Both the position numbers and the translations under genes were made by a program. Positions 1 through 8,488 of a DNA stretch of 64,000 nucleotides are shown here, piece after piece (position 1 is the first letter of the stretch; every line of letters begins with the position of its first letter). The stretch is from an uncultured Gammaproteobacteria bacterium. GTDB taxonomy: Bacteria; Patescibacteriota; Patescibacteriia; Patescibacteriales; UBA12465. The notes beneath the pieces are model-generated. The model ran no database searches. It had not been told where the DNA came from and saw only the letters and a list, made by a program, of their open reading frames with translations. The stretch spans positions 465,997-529,996 of the forward strand of contig CAYYDR010000001.1 of assembly GCA_964470695.1 (NCBI GenBank), in the 5' to 3' direction.

Positions 1-734
1 TAATTTTTGTTGTTTCGCAACATAAGCAGGTAATTGAAAGTTTTTTTTCTAGCAATGAAATGTTGGAGGACTATTTTATTAAACTGGGCGCCAAGGAGCA
101 AGTCGCTAATTTAAAAAAAATTGCTAAACTTGCGGAATTTACTTTTGTTTATACCAAAAGTTCTCATGGTAATAGTAGCGCCTTAGGCGCGGTTAGAAAT
201 TTATTGGGAGAGGAGCCTTTTGTTTTAGTTTGGTCAGATGAAGTCATTTTTTCTAAACAAAAGCCGCGTATTAAGCAGTGTCTTGAAGCTTTTGAAAAGT
301 ATAATAAGCCGGTTATCTCAGCTATTAGAATTACTGATCCTAAGAAAAGAGCCAGATATGGCATGGCGGCCTTAAAAGATATAAAAGGGGAATCGGAAAT
401 TAAGGAGATTACTAGTATTGTAGAAAAGCCCGCTCTAGGCACTGAGCCGTCGGAGTATGCGACTCATGGCGCCTATGTTTTAACGCCTGATATCTTTGAG
501 GCCCTAGACAAGCTGCCTAATAATGATGATAAGGATATTGGAATAGTTGATGTTATTAATATTATGAAGGAAAAGACTGGTTTGCTAGCCAAAATAATAC
601 CGGACGGTCATTATCTTGATTGTGGTAATCCTTTAGAGTATTTGTATTCTCAGATAGATTATTATTCAAATTATTCCGAATATTCTGCGGAAGTTATTGG
701 CCATTTAGGAGAAGAGGCCTGTAAGCGATGTTAA
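1..734 (+). CDS. galU: UTP-glucose-1-phosphate uridylyltransferase-like sugar nucleotidyltransferase, 5'-partial (frame open to window edge)
   Basis: Frame of ORF 60..734 has no stop back to nt 3, so the gene starts upstream of the window. GalU-like stretches are present (VIESFF...LEDYF..LGAKE, VLVWSDEVI, IVEKP). Confidence 0.7.
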   Translation, partial: IFVVSQHKQVIESFFSSNEMLEDYFIKLGAKEQVANLKKIAKLAEFTFVYTKSSHGNSSALGAVRNLLGEEPFVLVWSDEVIFSKQKPRIKQCLEAFEKYNKPVISAIRITDPKKRARYGMAALKDIKGESEIKEITSIVEKPALGTEPSEYATHGAYVLTPDIFEALDKLPNNDDKDIGIVDVINIMKEKTGLLAKIIPDGHYLDCGNPLEYLYSQIDYYSNYSEYSAEVIGHLGEEACKRC

Positions 735-783
735 TTAATTTTTAGATGCAATTAAGATAATTTATAAAATTATTAATAAAATT

Positions 784-1158
784 ATGGAAACGAACAAGGG
801 AAAAATATTTTTAAATACCGTTTCTTGGGGTTTTGGGCTTTGGCTTTTTGGTTATATTCTGGGAATATTATTTTTTGCTTTTGTGCCAAAAGAACTCATC
901 GGCTGGTATATTATGCCGATCGCAGTGATTGTAACCCTTTGGGTGCTATTTAAAAAGATTAAGAGAGATTTATTTACTTGTTATATCGGCTTGGGCGTTA
1001 TTTGGACAGTTATGGCCATTGCTTTGGATTATTTTTTCCTAGTTAAGCTATTTAAGGCCGCTGATTATTATAAAATTGATGTTTATATATATTATTTCTT
1101 AACTTTAGTCTTGCCAATTTTAGTCGGAGCGTACAAATTTAATAAACTGAAAAAGTAA
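784..1158 (+). CDS. hypothetical small integral membrane protein (about 4 TM segments)
   Basis: 124-aa ORF with four hydrophobic stretches and an AT-rich SD-less start context like neighbouring genes. Confidence 0.55.
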   Translation: METNKGKIFLNTVSWGFGLWLFGYILGILFFAFVPKELIGWYIMPIAVIVTLWVLFKKIKRDLFTCYIGLGVIWTVMAIALDYFFLVKLFKAADYYKIDVYIYYFLTLVLPILVGAYKFNKLKK

Positions 1159-1198
1159 TTTAATATTTTCAAATTAAAAAATATTAAGATATAAAAAT

Positions 1199-1504
1199 AT
1201 GAAACATTGTGCTACTTGTGGTATGCCGTTAGAGAAAAAAGAGAATTTCGCTTTGGGTGATGAAAATTCCCAATTTTGTGTTTACTGCGTTAATTCGGAC
1301 GGTAGCGTGAAATCTGGTGAAGAAATTTTCAAAGGTGGAGTAGAATTTTTTCTAGGAGCTCTGGGCGGCGAAAGAAGTTTTGCTGAGAAAATTACTAGAA
1401 AAAATATGAACAACCTGCCTTATTGGCAAGAACATGCCTGCGAAGCTCTTAAAGGCGAAATGGCGACTGACGAAGAATTCCGGGCGGCGATGGGTAGATT
1501 GTAG
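1199..1504 (+). CDS. putative zinc-ribbon domain protein
   Basis: N-terminal CxxC...CxxC (CATCGMPL...FCVYCVNSDG), typical of the bacterial putative zinc-ribbon family. Confidence 0.6.
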   Translation: MKHCATCGMPLEKKENFALGDENSQFCVYCVNSDGSVKSGEEIFKGGVEFFLGALGGERSFAEKITRKNMNNLPYWQEHACEALKGEMATDEEFRAAMGRL

Positions 1505-1541
1505 ATATTTAAGTTAGTTTTTATCAGTTTATAATTAAAAT

Positions 1542-2231
1542 ATGGATTTAAATAATAAAGTCGTAGTTATTACTGGTGGCAGCAAAGGTTTTGGAAAGTC
1601 TTTAGCTACTTTTTTAAAAAAAGAAAATTGCCAGGTAATTATCTCTAGTAATAACAGCGAGGAGTTAGAAAAAACCAGACAAGAAATATCTATTGATGCC
1701 TTTTTGGCCGATGTAACGAGACCAGCCGACTTAGTAAATCTCGGCCTATATGTTTTTGATAAATATAAGCGGATTGATATTTGGGTTAATAACGCCGGAA
1801 TACAAATAGCACCTAGTTTAATAGAAGACGTTGATATCAATAAACTAAAACAATTATTTGATATTAATTTTTTTGGTTATTTTTATGGTTGTCAAACCGC
1901 CCTTAAATATATGAAAGCGCAGGGAAGCGGGGTAATAGTAAATATAAACTCAACAGCTGGCCTTGGCGGAAAACCAATGATCAGCGCCTATTCTTCCTCT
2001 AAGTTTGCCATTAAGGGATTAACGGAGTCTATTAGACAAGAAATAACCGGTGATATTAAAATATATGCTGTCTATCCTGGCGGAATGCAGACAGAAATTT
2101 ACCAGGAGAAATATCCGGATGATATTAAAGAATATATGTTGACTGATGATGTTGCTCAAAAGGTTATTAATAATTTGAAATCTGATAGTCCCGACGAGGA
2201 TTTAGTTATTAAAAGACAATCTATTTCTTAG
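1542..2231 (+). CDS. SDR-family short-chain oxidoreductase
   Basis: TGGSKGFG Rossmann motif, NNAG, and YSSSK catalytic Tyr/Lys. Confidence 0.85.
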   Translation: MDLNNKVVVITGGSKGFGKSLATFLKKENCQVIISSNNSEELEKTRQEISIDAFLADVTRPADLVNLGLYVFDKYKRIDIWVNNAGIQIAPSLIEDVDINKLKQLFDINFFGYFYGCQTALKYMKAQGSGVIVNINSTAGLGGKPMISAYSSSKFAIKGLTESIRQEITGDIKIYAVYPGGMQTEIYQEKYPDDIKEYMLTDDVAQKVINNLKSDSPDEDLVIKRQSIS

Positions 2232-2300
2232 CTACTATTAGTTAATAAAAATAAGTATCTTTTTTTGATTATTATTTAAATTCTTCATCAATTAAAATTT

Positions 2301-3200
2301 ATGAAAAAAGGATTATTAATAAGTACCGCTATAATTTTAATTGTTATCGCCTTAGTAGTGGCGTTGGGAATATATAAATTTAATTTTACTAATGATGATA
2401 TTTATATTAAAACGGATGACAAAATAAATTCCTTGGATGCCACTAGTACTGACCAGATTTCAAAGACTGACCAATCCGCGCTGATAAAAATAAATAATTT
2501 TATTTCTGGCCAGATTGTTCAGAGTCCTTTAATGATTGAGGGGGTGGCGCCTGGTTCATGGTTTTTTGAGGCCAGCTTTCCGGTCAAGATTTATAATGAA
2601 AATAGCCAGTTGATTGGAATGGCGATAGCGACGGCTAGCGCCGCAGACGGCAGTTGGATGACTGATAAACTAGTGCCATTTAAAGCGGAATTAAAATTTG
2701 ATTCCGCCACGAGTACTAGTGGTGCTCTAGTTTTAGAGAAAGATAATCCTTCCGGCCTGCCTGAGAACGCCGCTGAATTACGTTTGCCGGTCAGGTTTCT
2801 GCCTACCACTGAGAAAATAAAGATAAAAGTTTTTTTTAGCAATAATAAATTAGATCCAGAGGTCAGCTGCAATAAAGTATTTCCGGTAGAAAGGGAAGTG
2901 ACTGAGACCCCGGCGATTGCTCGAGCAGCTTTGACTGAGCTTTTGTTAGGAGTGACTCCGCTGGAAAGTGAGGCGGGATTTATGACCAGTCTTAATCGTG
3001 GTATTAAGATTCAAAGCTTAACTATAAAAGACGGTGTGGCTAGAGTAGATTTTAATGCCCAATTAGAAGCAGGTTCCGGTGGCTCCTGTCGGGTAGCAGC
3101 GATTACGACTCAGATAAGAGAGACTCTTAAGCAATTTCCGAGCGTTAAAGATGTGATTATTTCTATTGATGGTAATAGTGAGGACATTCTTCAACCTTAA
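2301..3200 (+). CDS. membrane-anchored GerMN-domain protein with N-terminal Ig-like (Gmad2-type) domain
   Basis: N-terminal TM anchor; the C-terminal half resembles GerMN (TPAIARAALTELLLG...GVARVDFN...IDG). Confidence 0.6.
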   Translation: MKKGLLISTAIILIVIALVVALGIYKFNFTNDDIYIKTDDKINSLDATSTDQISKTDQSALIKINNFISGQIVQSPLMIEGVAPGSWFFEASFPVKIYNENSQLIGMAIATASAADGSWMTDKLVPFKAELKFDSATSTSGALVLEKDNPSGLPENAAELRLPVRFLPTTEKIKIKVFFSNNKLDPEVSCNKVFPVEREVTETPAIARAALTELLLGVTPLESEAGFMTSLNRGIKIQSLTIKDGVARVDFNAQLEAGSGGSCRVAAITTQIRETLKQFPSVKDVIISIDGNSEDILQP

Positions 3201-3263
3201 AAATTGAATAGTTTTCTGTCTGATTAAGAATTTCCAGCGACTTATTTAGTTAAAGCTATAAAA

Positions 3264-3296
3264 TAAAAAAAAGACTACGTTAGTAGTCTTTTTTTA
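3264..3296. terminator. bidirectional intrinsic terminator between convergent genes
   Basis: AAGACTAC-GTTA-GTAGTCTT stem-loop flanked by an A-run and a T-run. Confidence 0.7.
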
Positions 3297-3309
3297 TGTT
3301 GCTGAATGA

Positions 3310-3528
3310 TTAATTCTTAGTTGTTAATAAATCATCAACAGTGCGGTCTAGCGCATCGGCGATTCTTTTAACGGTTTCTACTCTCGGATCAAGAGTGGCG
3401 CCTGATTCTATCTTAGTAATTGTGTGCAAAGTTACCCCAGCCAGCTTAGATAGCTTATCTTGGGATAATTCAGCTTTTTGGCGGTATTTCTTGATGTTTT
3501 TAGCAATCGGTATAGTAGTTTTGTTCAT
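3310..3528 (-). CDS. XRE-family helix-turn-helix transcriptional regulator
   Basis: 72 aa; LSQDKLSKLAGVTLHTITKIESG is a canonical Cro/C1 HTH. Confidence 0.85.
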   Translation of the reverse strand: MNKTTIPIAKNIKKYRQKAELSQDKLSKLAGVTLHTITKIESGATLDPRVETVKRIADALDRTVDDLLTTKN

Positions 3529-3531
3529 ACA

Positions 3532-3560
3532 TTGACATTATAGTAAAGTTTTACTATAAT
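3532..3560 (+). promoter_or_regulatory. consensus sigma70-type promoter (TTGACA-17-TATAAT) facing the surface-protein/sortase operon
   Basis: TTGACA at 3532-3537, 17-nt spacer, TATAAT at 3555-3560. Confidence 0.6.
3537..3560. promoter_or_regulatory. perfect 11-2-11 palindrome (candidate XRE operator) carrying back-to-back TATAAT boxes
   Basis: ATTATAGTAAA-GT-TTTACTATAAT. The minus-strand TATAAT (3537-3542) ends 8 nt before the XRE ATG at 3528. Confidence 0.55.
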
Positions 3561-3731
3561 TATTATATAACTAAATATTTACTAATAAATGAAATTTAAC
3601 CTATCGGCCCTTGTTTGATCAAATTTATTAAATAAATTTAGTAAGCTTTATTAACAAATATCATAATTTAAAAAATATAGCAAATAATTAATTAAAGATA
3701 GAAGGAAATTTTATAAACTAAAAGTAATTAT

Positions 3732-5537
3732 ATGAAAAAATTTAATAAAATTTTGACAATTATATTCACCATAGTTTTTATACTGGGATTTAATGAACCG
3801 ATAGCGGTGTTGGCCGCCACGACACCATCCTTGGGGATGGCTAATACCTATAGTGTTCTAGCTGGCACCTATACTAATACGGCCGCCGGAACAACTATCA
3901 CCGGCGATATTGGCTTTACTACCGGGCCAGCCGTTGTTCCGGCCGGAGCGCATCCTAATTATGGAGTCGGAGCGCCTTATGCCACCGCTGGTGTAGACCA
4001 GGATAATGCTTTATCAGCCTTAGCCCTGCAGGCTTGTACTTATAATTTCCCGGCCGGAGCTATTAACCTGTCTACTGATATAACGCATGGCCCAATTGGA
4101 GTTTATGCCCCAGGTGTTTACTGCAGCGTTGGAGCGATGGATATAGGCGGCCCCCTTAATCTTAACGGGAGTGGAACTTATATTTTTAGAACCTTAGGGG
4201 CTCTTACCTCTACCGCGGGAGCAACCATTACTCTAACTGGAGCATCGGCTTGTGATGTATTTTGGACGCCGACTCAGGCTACTACCTTGGCTGCTAATAC
4301 GACCTTTGTCGGAACCGTTATAGACGCCGCTGGTATTACCATCGGAGCTAATACTACTTGGTCGGGAAGAGCCTTGGCTTTTGGTGGGACAGTTACTACT
4401 GATACAAATACTATTGCGGTGCCAACTTGTGTTAACCCGGCTGCTTCATCTTTTTCTCGTACCGGGACTATTAACGTTGTTAAAGTAGTCATTAATGATA
4501 ATGGCGGCACTAAGACGGTGTCTAATTTTCCTTTATTTATTAATGGTTCGCCAGTCATTTCGGGAACCACTAATACTTTTCGGGCCCCTGGTGATGTTTA
4601 TAAAGTTACTGAAACGGCTGATTCTAATTATACCCGGACTTTTTCGGGTGATTGTGATGTTAACGGCGGCGTGAATTTGGTTCCCGGTGATAATAAATTT
4701 TGTATAATTACAAATAATGATATAGGCGTTGCTACTATTGCCTCGCCTGTTCCTCCGCTTATTGATGTCATAAAAGTTCCTGACCCTCTGGCTTTACCTA
4801 ATGGCCCTGGCTCAGTTATGTATACTTATACGCTCCGCAATATCGGAACAGTCCCGGTTACAAACATTACCATGGTTGGCGATACGTGTAGTCCTATCAA
4901 ACTTATTTCGGGCGACACGAATTCGGACGCTAAGTTAGACCTGAATGAAACTTGGGTGCATCGTTGTTCCACAATTCTCTCGGAAACTCATACTAATACC
5001 GTAGTAGCGACCGGCTGGGCTAATGGTTTAAGCGCGACTGATATTGCTAGCGCTAGAGTTGTGGTCGGTTTACCAGTAGTCCCGCCCTTAATTCATGTGA
5101 CAAAAGTTCCTAACCCTTTAACCTTGCGAGCCGGCGGCGGATTAGTCACTTATACTGAAAAAATAACTAATCCTGGAACAGTCGCTCTGAGTAATGTTAG
5201 CCTAGTTGATGATAAGTGCAGTCCCATGAAATATATTTCCGGTGATACTAACGGTAATTTAAAGCTTGAGACTACCGAGACCTGGACCTATACTTGTAGC
5301 CAAAATCTTACCAAGACCACCGCTAATACGGCTATAGCTCGAGGTGAAGCTAATGGTCTAGTAGTAAGAGATTTGGCCATTGCCACCGTCGTGGTCGCCG
5401 CTGTTTCCCCTCAATTGCCTAATACGGGAATTTTTTCCACGGGGGATGAATTTCCTTGGAGTATGGTTATATTGTCTAGTATTCTAATAGTAATTTCGGC
5501 TTCAATTATTTTGACTATGAAGAAACGGGTTCGCTAA
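3732..5537 (+). CDS. LPXTG-anchored surface protein with N-terminal DUF3494 (ice-binding-like) domain and two tandem Ig-like repeats
   Basis: Signal peptide. TYSVLAGTYTNTAAGTTITGDIGFT is typical of DUF3494. C-terminus has LPNTG, a hydrophobic stretch and KKRVR. Confidence 0.75.
   Translation: MKKFNKILTIIFTIVFILGFNEPIAVLAATTPSLGMANTYSVLAGTYTNTAAGTTITGDIGFTTGPAVVPAGAHPNYGVGAPYATAGVDQDNALSALALQACTYNFPAGAINLSTDITHGPIGVYAPGVYCSVGAMDIGGPLNLNGSGTYIFRTLGALTSTAGATITLTGASACDVFWTPTQATTLAANTTFVGTVIDAAGITIGANTTWSGRALAFGGTVTTDTNTIAVPTCVNPAASSFSRTGTINVVKVVINDNGGTKTVSNFPLFINGSPVISGTTNTFRAPGDVYKVTETADSNYTRTFSGDCDVNGGVNLVPGDNKFCIITNNDIGVATIASPVPPLIDVIKVPDPLALPNGPGSVMYTYTLRNIGTVPVTNITMVGDTCSPIKLISGDTNSDAKLDLNETWVHRCSTILSETHTNTVVATGWANGLSATDIASARVVVGLPVVPPLIHVTKVPNPLTLRAGGGLVTYTEKITNPGTVALSNVSLVDDKCSPMKYISGDTNGNLKLETTETWTYTCSQNLTKTTANTAIARGEANGLVVRDLAIATVVVAAVSPQLPNTGIFSTGDEFPWSMVILSSILIVISASIILTMKKRVR
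4749..5403 (+). repeat. two tandem repeats of about 108 codons inside the surface protein gene
   Basis: PPLIDVIKVPDPL...CSPIKLISGDTN... and PPLIHVTKVPNPL...CSPMKYISGDTN... align along their whole length. Confidence 0.7.
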
Positions 5538-5544
5538 CTTATAG

Positions 5545-6141
5545 ATGACTCAATTAAAAAAAATATTATTTGTTATTAGTTTTTCCGGAATAAGTTTTCT
5601 GGCAGTCATTATTTTTTTCTCAAGTTTTAACTGGTTTGCCCTTTGTTCTCAAGCTAAATACGCTTTAGCCGCCGGCAGTCCAGTTAAAACTAAATTAGTA
5701 AAAATTGATCGTCTTCGCATCCCCGCTATTAATATTAATATCCCCCTAGAACAGGTGGGTTTAACGACTCAAGGAGCCGTAGATGTGCCACGTAGTCCTA
5801 TTAGCGCTGCTTGGTTTAATCTTGGACCGCGTCCCGGCGACAACGGCAGTGCTGTGGTTGTCGGGCATTATGGCCGCTGGAAAAATGGTTTGTCAGGGGC
5901 CTTTAATAATCTATCCAAGTTGCGTCAGGGCGATAAAATATATATTGAAAATGCCAAGGGATCAACCACTATTTTTGTGGTTCGCGAGCGTAAATCATAT
6001 GATCCCCAGGCTGATGCCTATGATGTTTTTAATTCCGATGATGATAAACCCCATCTTAATCTCATTACCTGCGAGGGGGCCTGGGACAAAGTTTCTAAAA
6101 GCTATTCTAAGAGATTAGTAATATTTGCTGATAAGCAATAA
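5545..6141 (+). CDS. sortase-family transpeptidase
   Basis: N-terminal TM anchor; HYGRW (catalytic His region); LITCEG (TLxTC Cys motif). Starts 7 nt after its LPNTG substrate gene. Confidence 0.8.
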   Translation: MTQLKKILFVISFSGISFLAVIIFFSSFNWFALCSQAKYALAAGSPVKTKLVKIDRLRIPAININIPLEQVGLTTQGAVDVPRSPISAAWFNLGPRPGDNGSAVVVGHYGRWKNGLSGAFNNLSKLRQGDKIYIENAKGSTTIFVVRERKSYDPQADAYDVFNSDDDKPHLNLITCEGAWDKVSKSYSKRLVIFADKQ

Positions 6142-6167
6142 ATATTATTAAAATTTACTATTTGGAG

Positions 6168-6196
6168 TTGAATTATTTTTAAAGCCATGCTAGAAT
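6168..6196 (+). promoter_or_regulatory. promoter of the trp leader (TTGAAT-17-TAGAAT)
   Basis: TTGAAT at 6168-6173, 17-nt spacer, TAGAAT at 6191-6196. The ATG at 6205 lies 8 nt downstream. Confidence 0.55.
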
Positions 6197-6204
6197 AATT
6201 TTGT

Positions 6205-6267
6205 ATGAATCAAAATAGATTTCAAACAGTCAGTCAGAGCTGGTGGACTACCCTTACTATTGGGTAG
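6205..6267 (+). CDS. trp leader peptide (20 aa, tandem Trp codons)
   Basis: ATG AAT CAA AAT AGA TTT CAA ACA GTC AGT CAG AGC TGG TGG ACT ACC CTT ACT ATT GGG TAG translates to MNQNRFQTVSQSWWTTLTIG. Below the ORF-track size cutoff. Confidence 0.55.
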   Translation: MNQNRFQTVSQSWWTTLTIG

Positions 6268-6295
6268 CTGGTTTTTTGTTTAAAATCAATTTTTT

Positions 6296-6334
6296 AAAAC
6301 TACCCGATAGATTATAAATATCGGGTAGTTTTTT
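6296..6334 (+). terminator. attenuator terminator (segments 3:4) upstream of trpB
   Basis: AAAACTACCCGATA-GATTATAAA-TATCGGGTAGTTTT gives a 14-bp stem ending in T6. Segment 2 (TATTGGGTAG, 6258-6267) can pair with segment 3 instead. Confidence 0.65.
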
Positions 6335-6444
6335 ATTTACTAAATTTATTATTATGCATTATTATTTCTATAACCGATCAACTCAGCCTTGGCGACTCAC
6401 TTAATCGTTGTAGTTTTTTAATTATTTATTTAAATTTAAAATAT

Positions 6445-7644
6445 ATGGAAAATTCCTTAAAGTTATTACCTAATCAAGCTGGTTATTTTGGTGAATATGG
6501 CGGCCAGATAATTCCGCCTGTTTTAAAGCCAATTTTTGACGATATTGCGGCGGCTTATAAAGAAGCTCAGGCTGATCCGAGTTTCAGGGCCGAATATGAA
6601 GGCTTGTTAAAAAATTATGTGGGGCGTCCTTCGCCCTTATATTACGCTCGTAATTTATCGGCTAAATTAGGGGGCGCTAAAATATATCTAAAAAGAGAAG
6701 ACCTTAACCATACGGGCGCTCATAAAATTAATCATACTTTAGGCGAGGCCCTACTAGCTAAAAGAATGGGAAAAACTAAATTACTGGCCGAAACTGGTGC
6801 GGGACAGCATGGCGTAGCCTTGGCCACGGCGGCGGCCCTAGTCGGGCTAGAATGTGAAATTCACATGGGTGAGATTGATATTGCTAAGCAGCACCCTAAC
6901 GTTATCCGTATGCAGCTATTAGGGGCAAAAGTCGTGGCGGTTAAATCGGGCGGCCGCTGTCTAAAGGATGCGGTTGATAGCGCCTTTGAATCATTCGTGA
7001 AAGACCCGGTTAATATTTTTTTCGGCATTGGCTCAGTAGTTGGCCCGCATCCTTTCCCGATGATGGTCAGAGATTTTCAATCCATTGTCGGGCAAGAAGC
7101 GCGCGGCCAAATATTAGAGCAAGAGGGAAGATTGCCTGATTATTTAATAGCTTGTGTTGGTGGTGGCTCTAACGCGATTGGCTTATTTCACGAATTTCTG
7201 GATGATAAATCGGTTAAAATGGTAGGGGTTGAGCCAAGTGGTAAAAGCTTTAAGTCCGGTGAACACGCGGCGACTTTAACGTTAGGAACGCCTGGTAATA
7301 TTCATGGCATGTTTACTTATTTATTGCAGGATGATAAAGGACAGCCCTTGCCAGTCCATTCTATTGCCTCTGGTTTAGATTATCCCGGCGTCGGGCCGGT
7401 CCATTCGGATTTAAAGGATAAGGGAAGGGTGGCTTATGACTCTGTTAATGACGAAGAGGCTTTGCAAGCTTTTCAGACCTTAAGCAAAGTAGAGGGCATA
7501 ATTCCGGCTCTAGAGAGCTCTCATGCCCTGGCTCAGGCGATTAAATTAGCTCCTTCGCTAGGCCAGGATAAAATTATTATTGTTAACCTATCGGGCCGCG
7601 GTGATAAGGACATTGACTATGTAGCCGATAGATTGAAATTGTAA
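6445..7644 (+). CDS. trpB: tryptophan synthase beta chain
   Basis: [22 protein letters not shown] (PLP-Lys motif), GGGSNAIG and SGRGDKD are all present. Confidence 0.95.
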   Translation: MENSLKLLPNQAGYFGEYGGQIIPPVLKPIFDDIAAAYKEAQADPSFRAEYEGLLKNYVGRPSPLYYARNLSAKLGGAKIYLKREDLNHTGAHKINHTLGEALLAKRMGKTKLLAETGAGQHGVALATAAALVGLECEIHMGEIDIAKQHPNVIRMQLLGAKVVAVKSGGRCLKDAVDSAFESFVKDPVNIFFGIGSVVGPHPFPMMVRDFQSIVGQEARGQILEQEGRLPDYLIACVGGGSNAIGLFHEFLDDKSVKMVGVEPSGKSFKSGEHAATLTLGTPGNIHGMFTYLLQDDKGQPLPVHSIASGLDYPGVGPVHSDLKDKGRVAYDSVNDEEALQAFQTLSKVEGIIPALESSHALAQAIKLAPSLGQDKIIIVNLSGRGDKDIDYVADRLKL

Positions 7645-7714
7645 ATAAGTATATACTGTCTATATAGTCATTTAACGGCCTTCTGGCCCATGATATTAAG
7701 CTAAAATAAATAGT

Positions 7715-8488
7715 ATGCCCAAGGGAGATTATCAAAAAATTGTTAGTTCTCAAAATGCCCAGATAAAATTATTAGAGAAATTGAATATCAAAAAATATCG
7801 CGAGCAGTTAAAGCAGTTTTTAGTGGAAAATTTAGCGATCATTTTAGATGGTTTAAATGATAACTATGATTTTGAGGCTTTATTTGTGACCGAAGAGTTT
7901 ATGGATAAGCATCCTGAAAAGCTAGCCTATATAGAGAGCAAATCTCAGTGCCAGAACTACTATTTAATAGATAGTAAATTGAATAAGCAATATTCTAGTC
8001 TTGATACTCCCTCGAGCATAACAGCTATTTATAGCCAGCCAGATAAAAAGCTTGATGAGTCATCGGTCGTCTATTTAAATAGCATTAATGACCCGGGAAA
8101 CCTGGGCGCTATTATGCGTAGCGCCCTGGCTTTTGATTTTAGGAATTTAGTCCTTGATGATAATTGCGTGGATATTTATAACCCTAAAGTCATCAGCGCG
8201 GCTAAGGAAGCAATCTTTAAACTTAACATTATTGAAGATAAAACGGGCGCCTGGCTGGCCGATAATAAGTTGCCAGTTTATGTTACTAGCTCTCATCAGG
8301 GGGATGATTTAGCGGTTTTTAAGCCGGCTAAATTATTTTGTTTAGTTTTAGGTAGTGAGAGTCATGGGGTTAGCTCGGAAATAATGAAAATAGCTAAGGC
8401 AAATATAAAAATTAATATTTCCGCCCAGCTTGAATCTTTAAATGTAGCTACGGCCGCGGCCATTTTGTTTTATGAGCTTAGACGTTAG
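7715..8488 (+). CDS. TrmH/SpoU-family RNA 2'-O-methyltransferase
   Basis: DPGNLGAIMRSA, LVLGSESHGVS and LNVATAAAILFYE are SpoU motifs 1-3. Confidence 0.85.
   Translation: MPKGDYQKIVSSQNAQIKLLEKLNIKKYREQLKQFLVENLAIILDGLNDNYDFEALFVTEEFMDKHPEKLAYIESKSQCQNYYLIDSKLNKQYSSLDTPSSITAIYSQPDKKLDESSVVYLNSINDPGNLGAIMRSALAFDFRNLVLDDNCVDIYNPKVISAAKEAIFKLNIIEDKTGAWLADNKLPVYVTSSHQGDDLAVFKPAKLFCLVLGSESHGVSSEIMKIAKANIKINISAQLESLNVATAAAILFYELRR

Noticed and set aside
164-442. Antisense and alternative-frame ORFs in the track: 164..442, 1535..1840, 2591..2872, 3341..3535, 4274..4570, 5783..6118, 10501..10686, 11106..11471, 11327..11530, 11506..11727, 12580..12927, 13608..13796, 13675..13905, 13889..14077, 13941..14156, 14915..15148, 16594..16839, 17341..17568, 21478..21693, 24259..24525, 25968..26237, 26340..26540, 26784..27008, 26987..27181, 27105..27320, 28767..28964, 28983..29192, 29694..30092, 30117..30329, 31095..31304, 34323..34574, 35748..36104, 36372..36560, 40278..40538, 40625..40807, 40986..41186, 42211..42456, 42838..43227, 44013..44294, 44775..45005, 46017..46202, 46990..47178, 47616..47849, 48045..48377, 53081..53266, 57101..57313, 58161..58349, 58749..58958.
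   Set aside because: Each lies inside or opposite a longer ORF with clear family motifs. Their translations are low-complexity mirror-frame sequences and they have no promoter, SD or native start context. They are treated as spurious.
6142-6444. Possible Trp T-box riboswitch upstream of trpB (GCTGGTGGACTACCC loosely resembles the T-box sequence).
   Set aside because: Only about 45 nt precede the first hairpin, too short for Stem I and a specifier loop, and the T-box consensus (GGGTGGNACCGCG) is not matched. The leader-peptide attenuator explains all the elements better.
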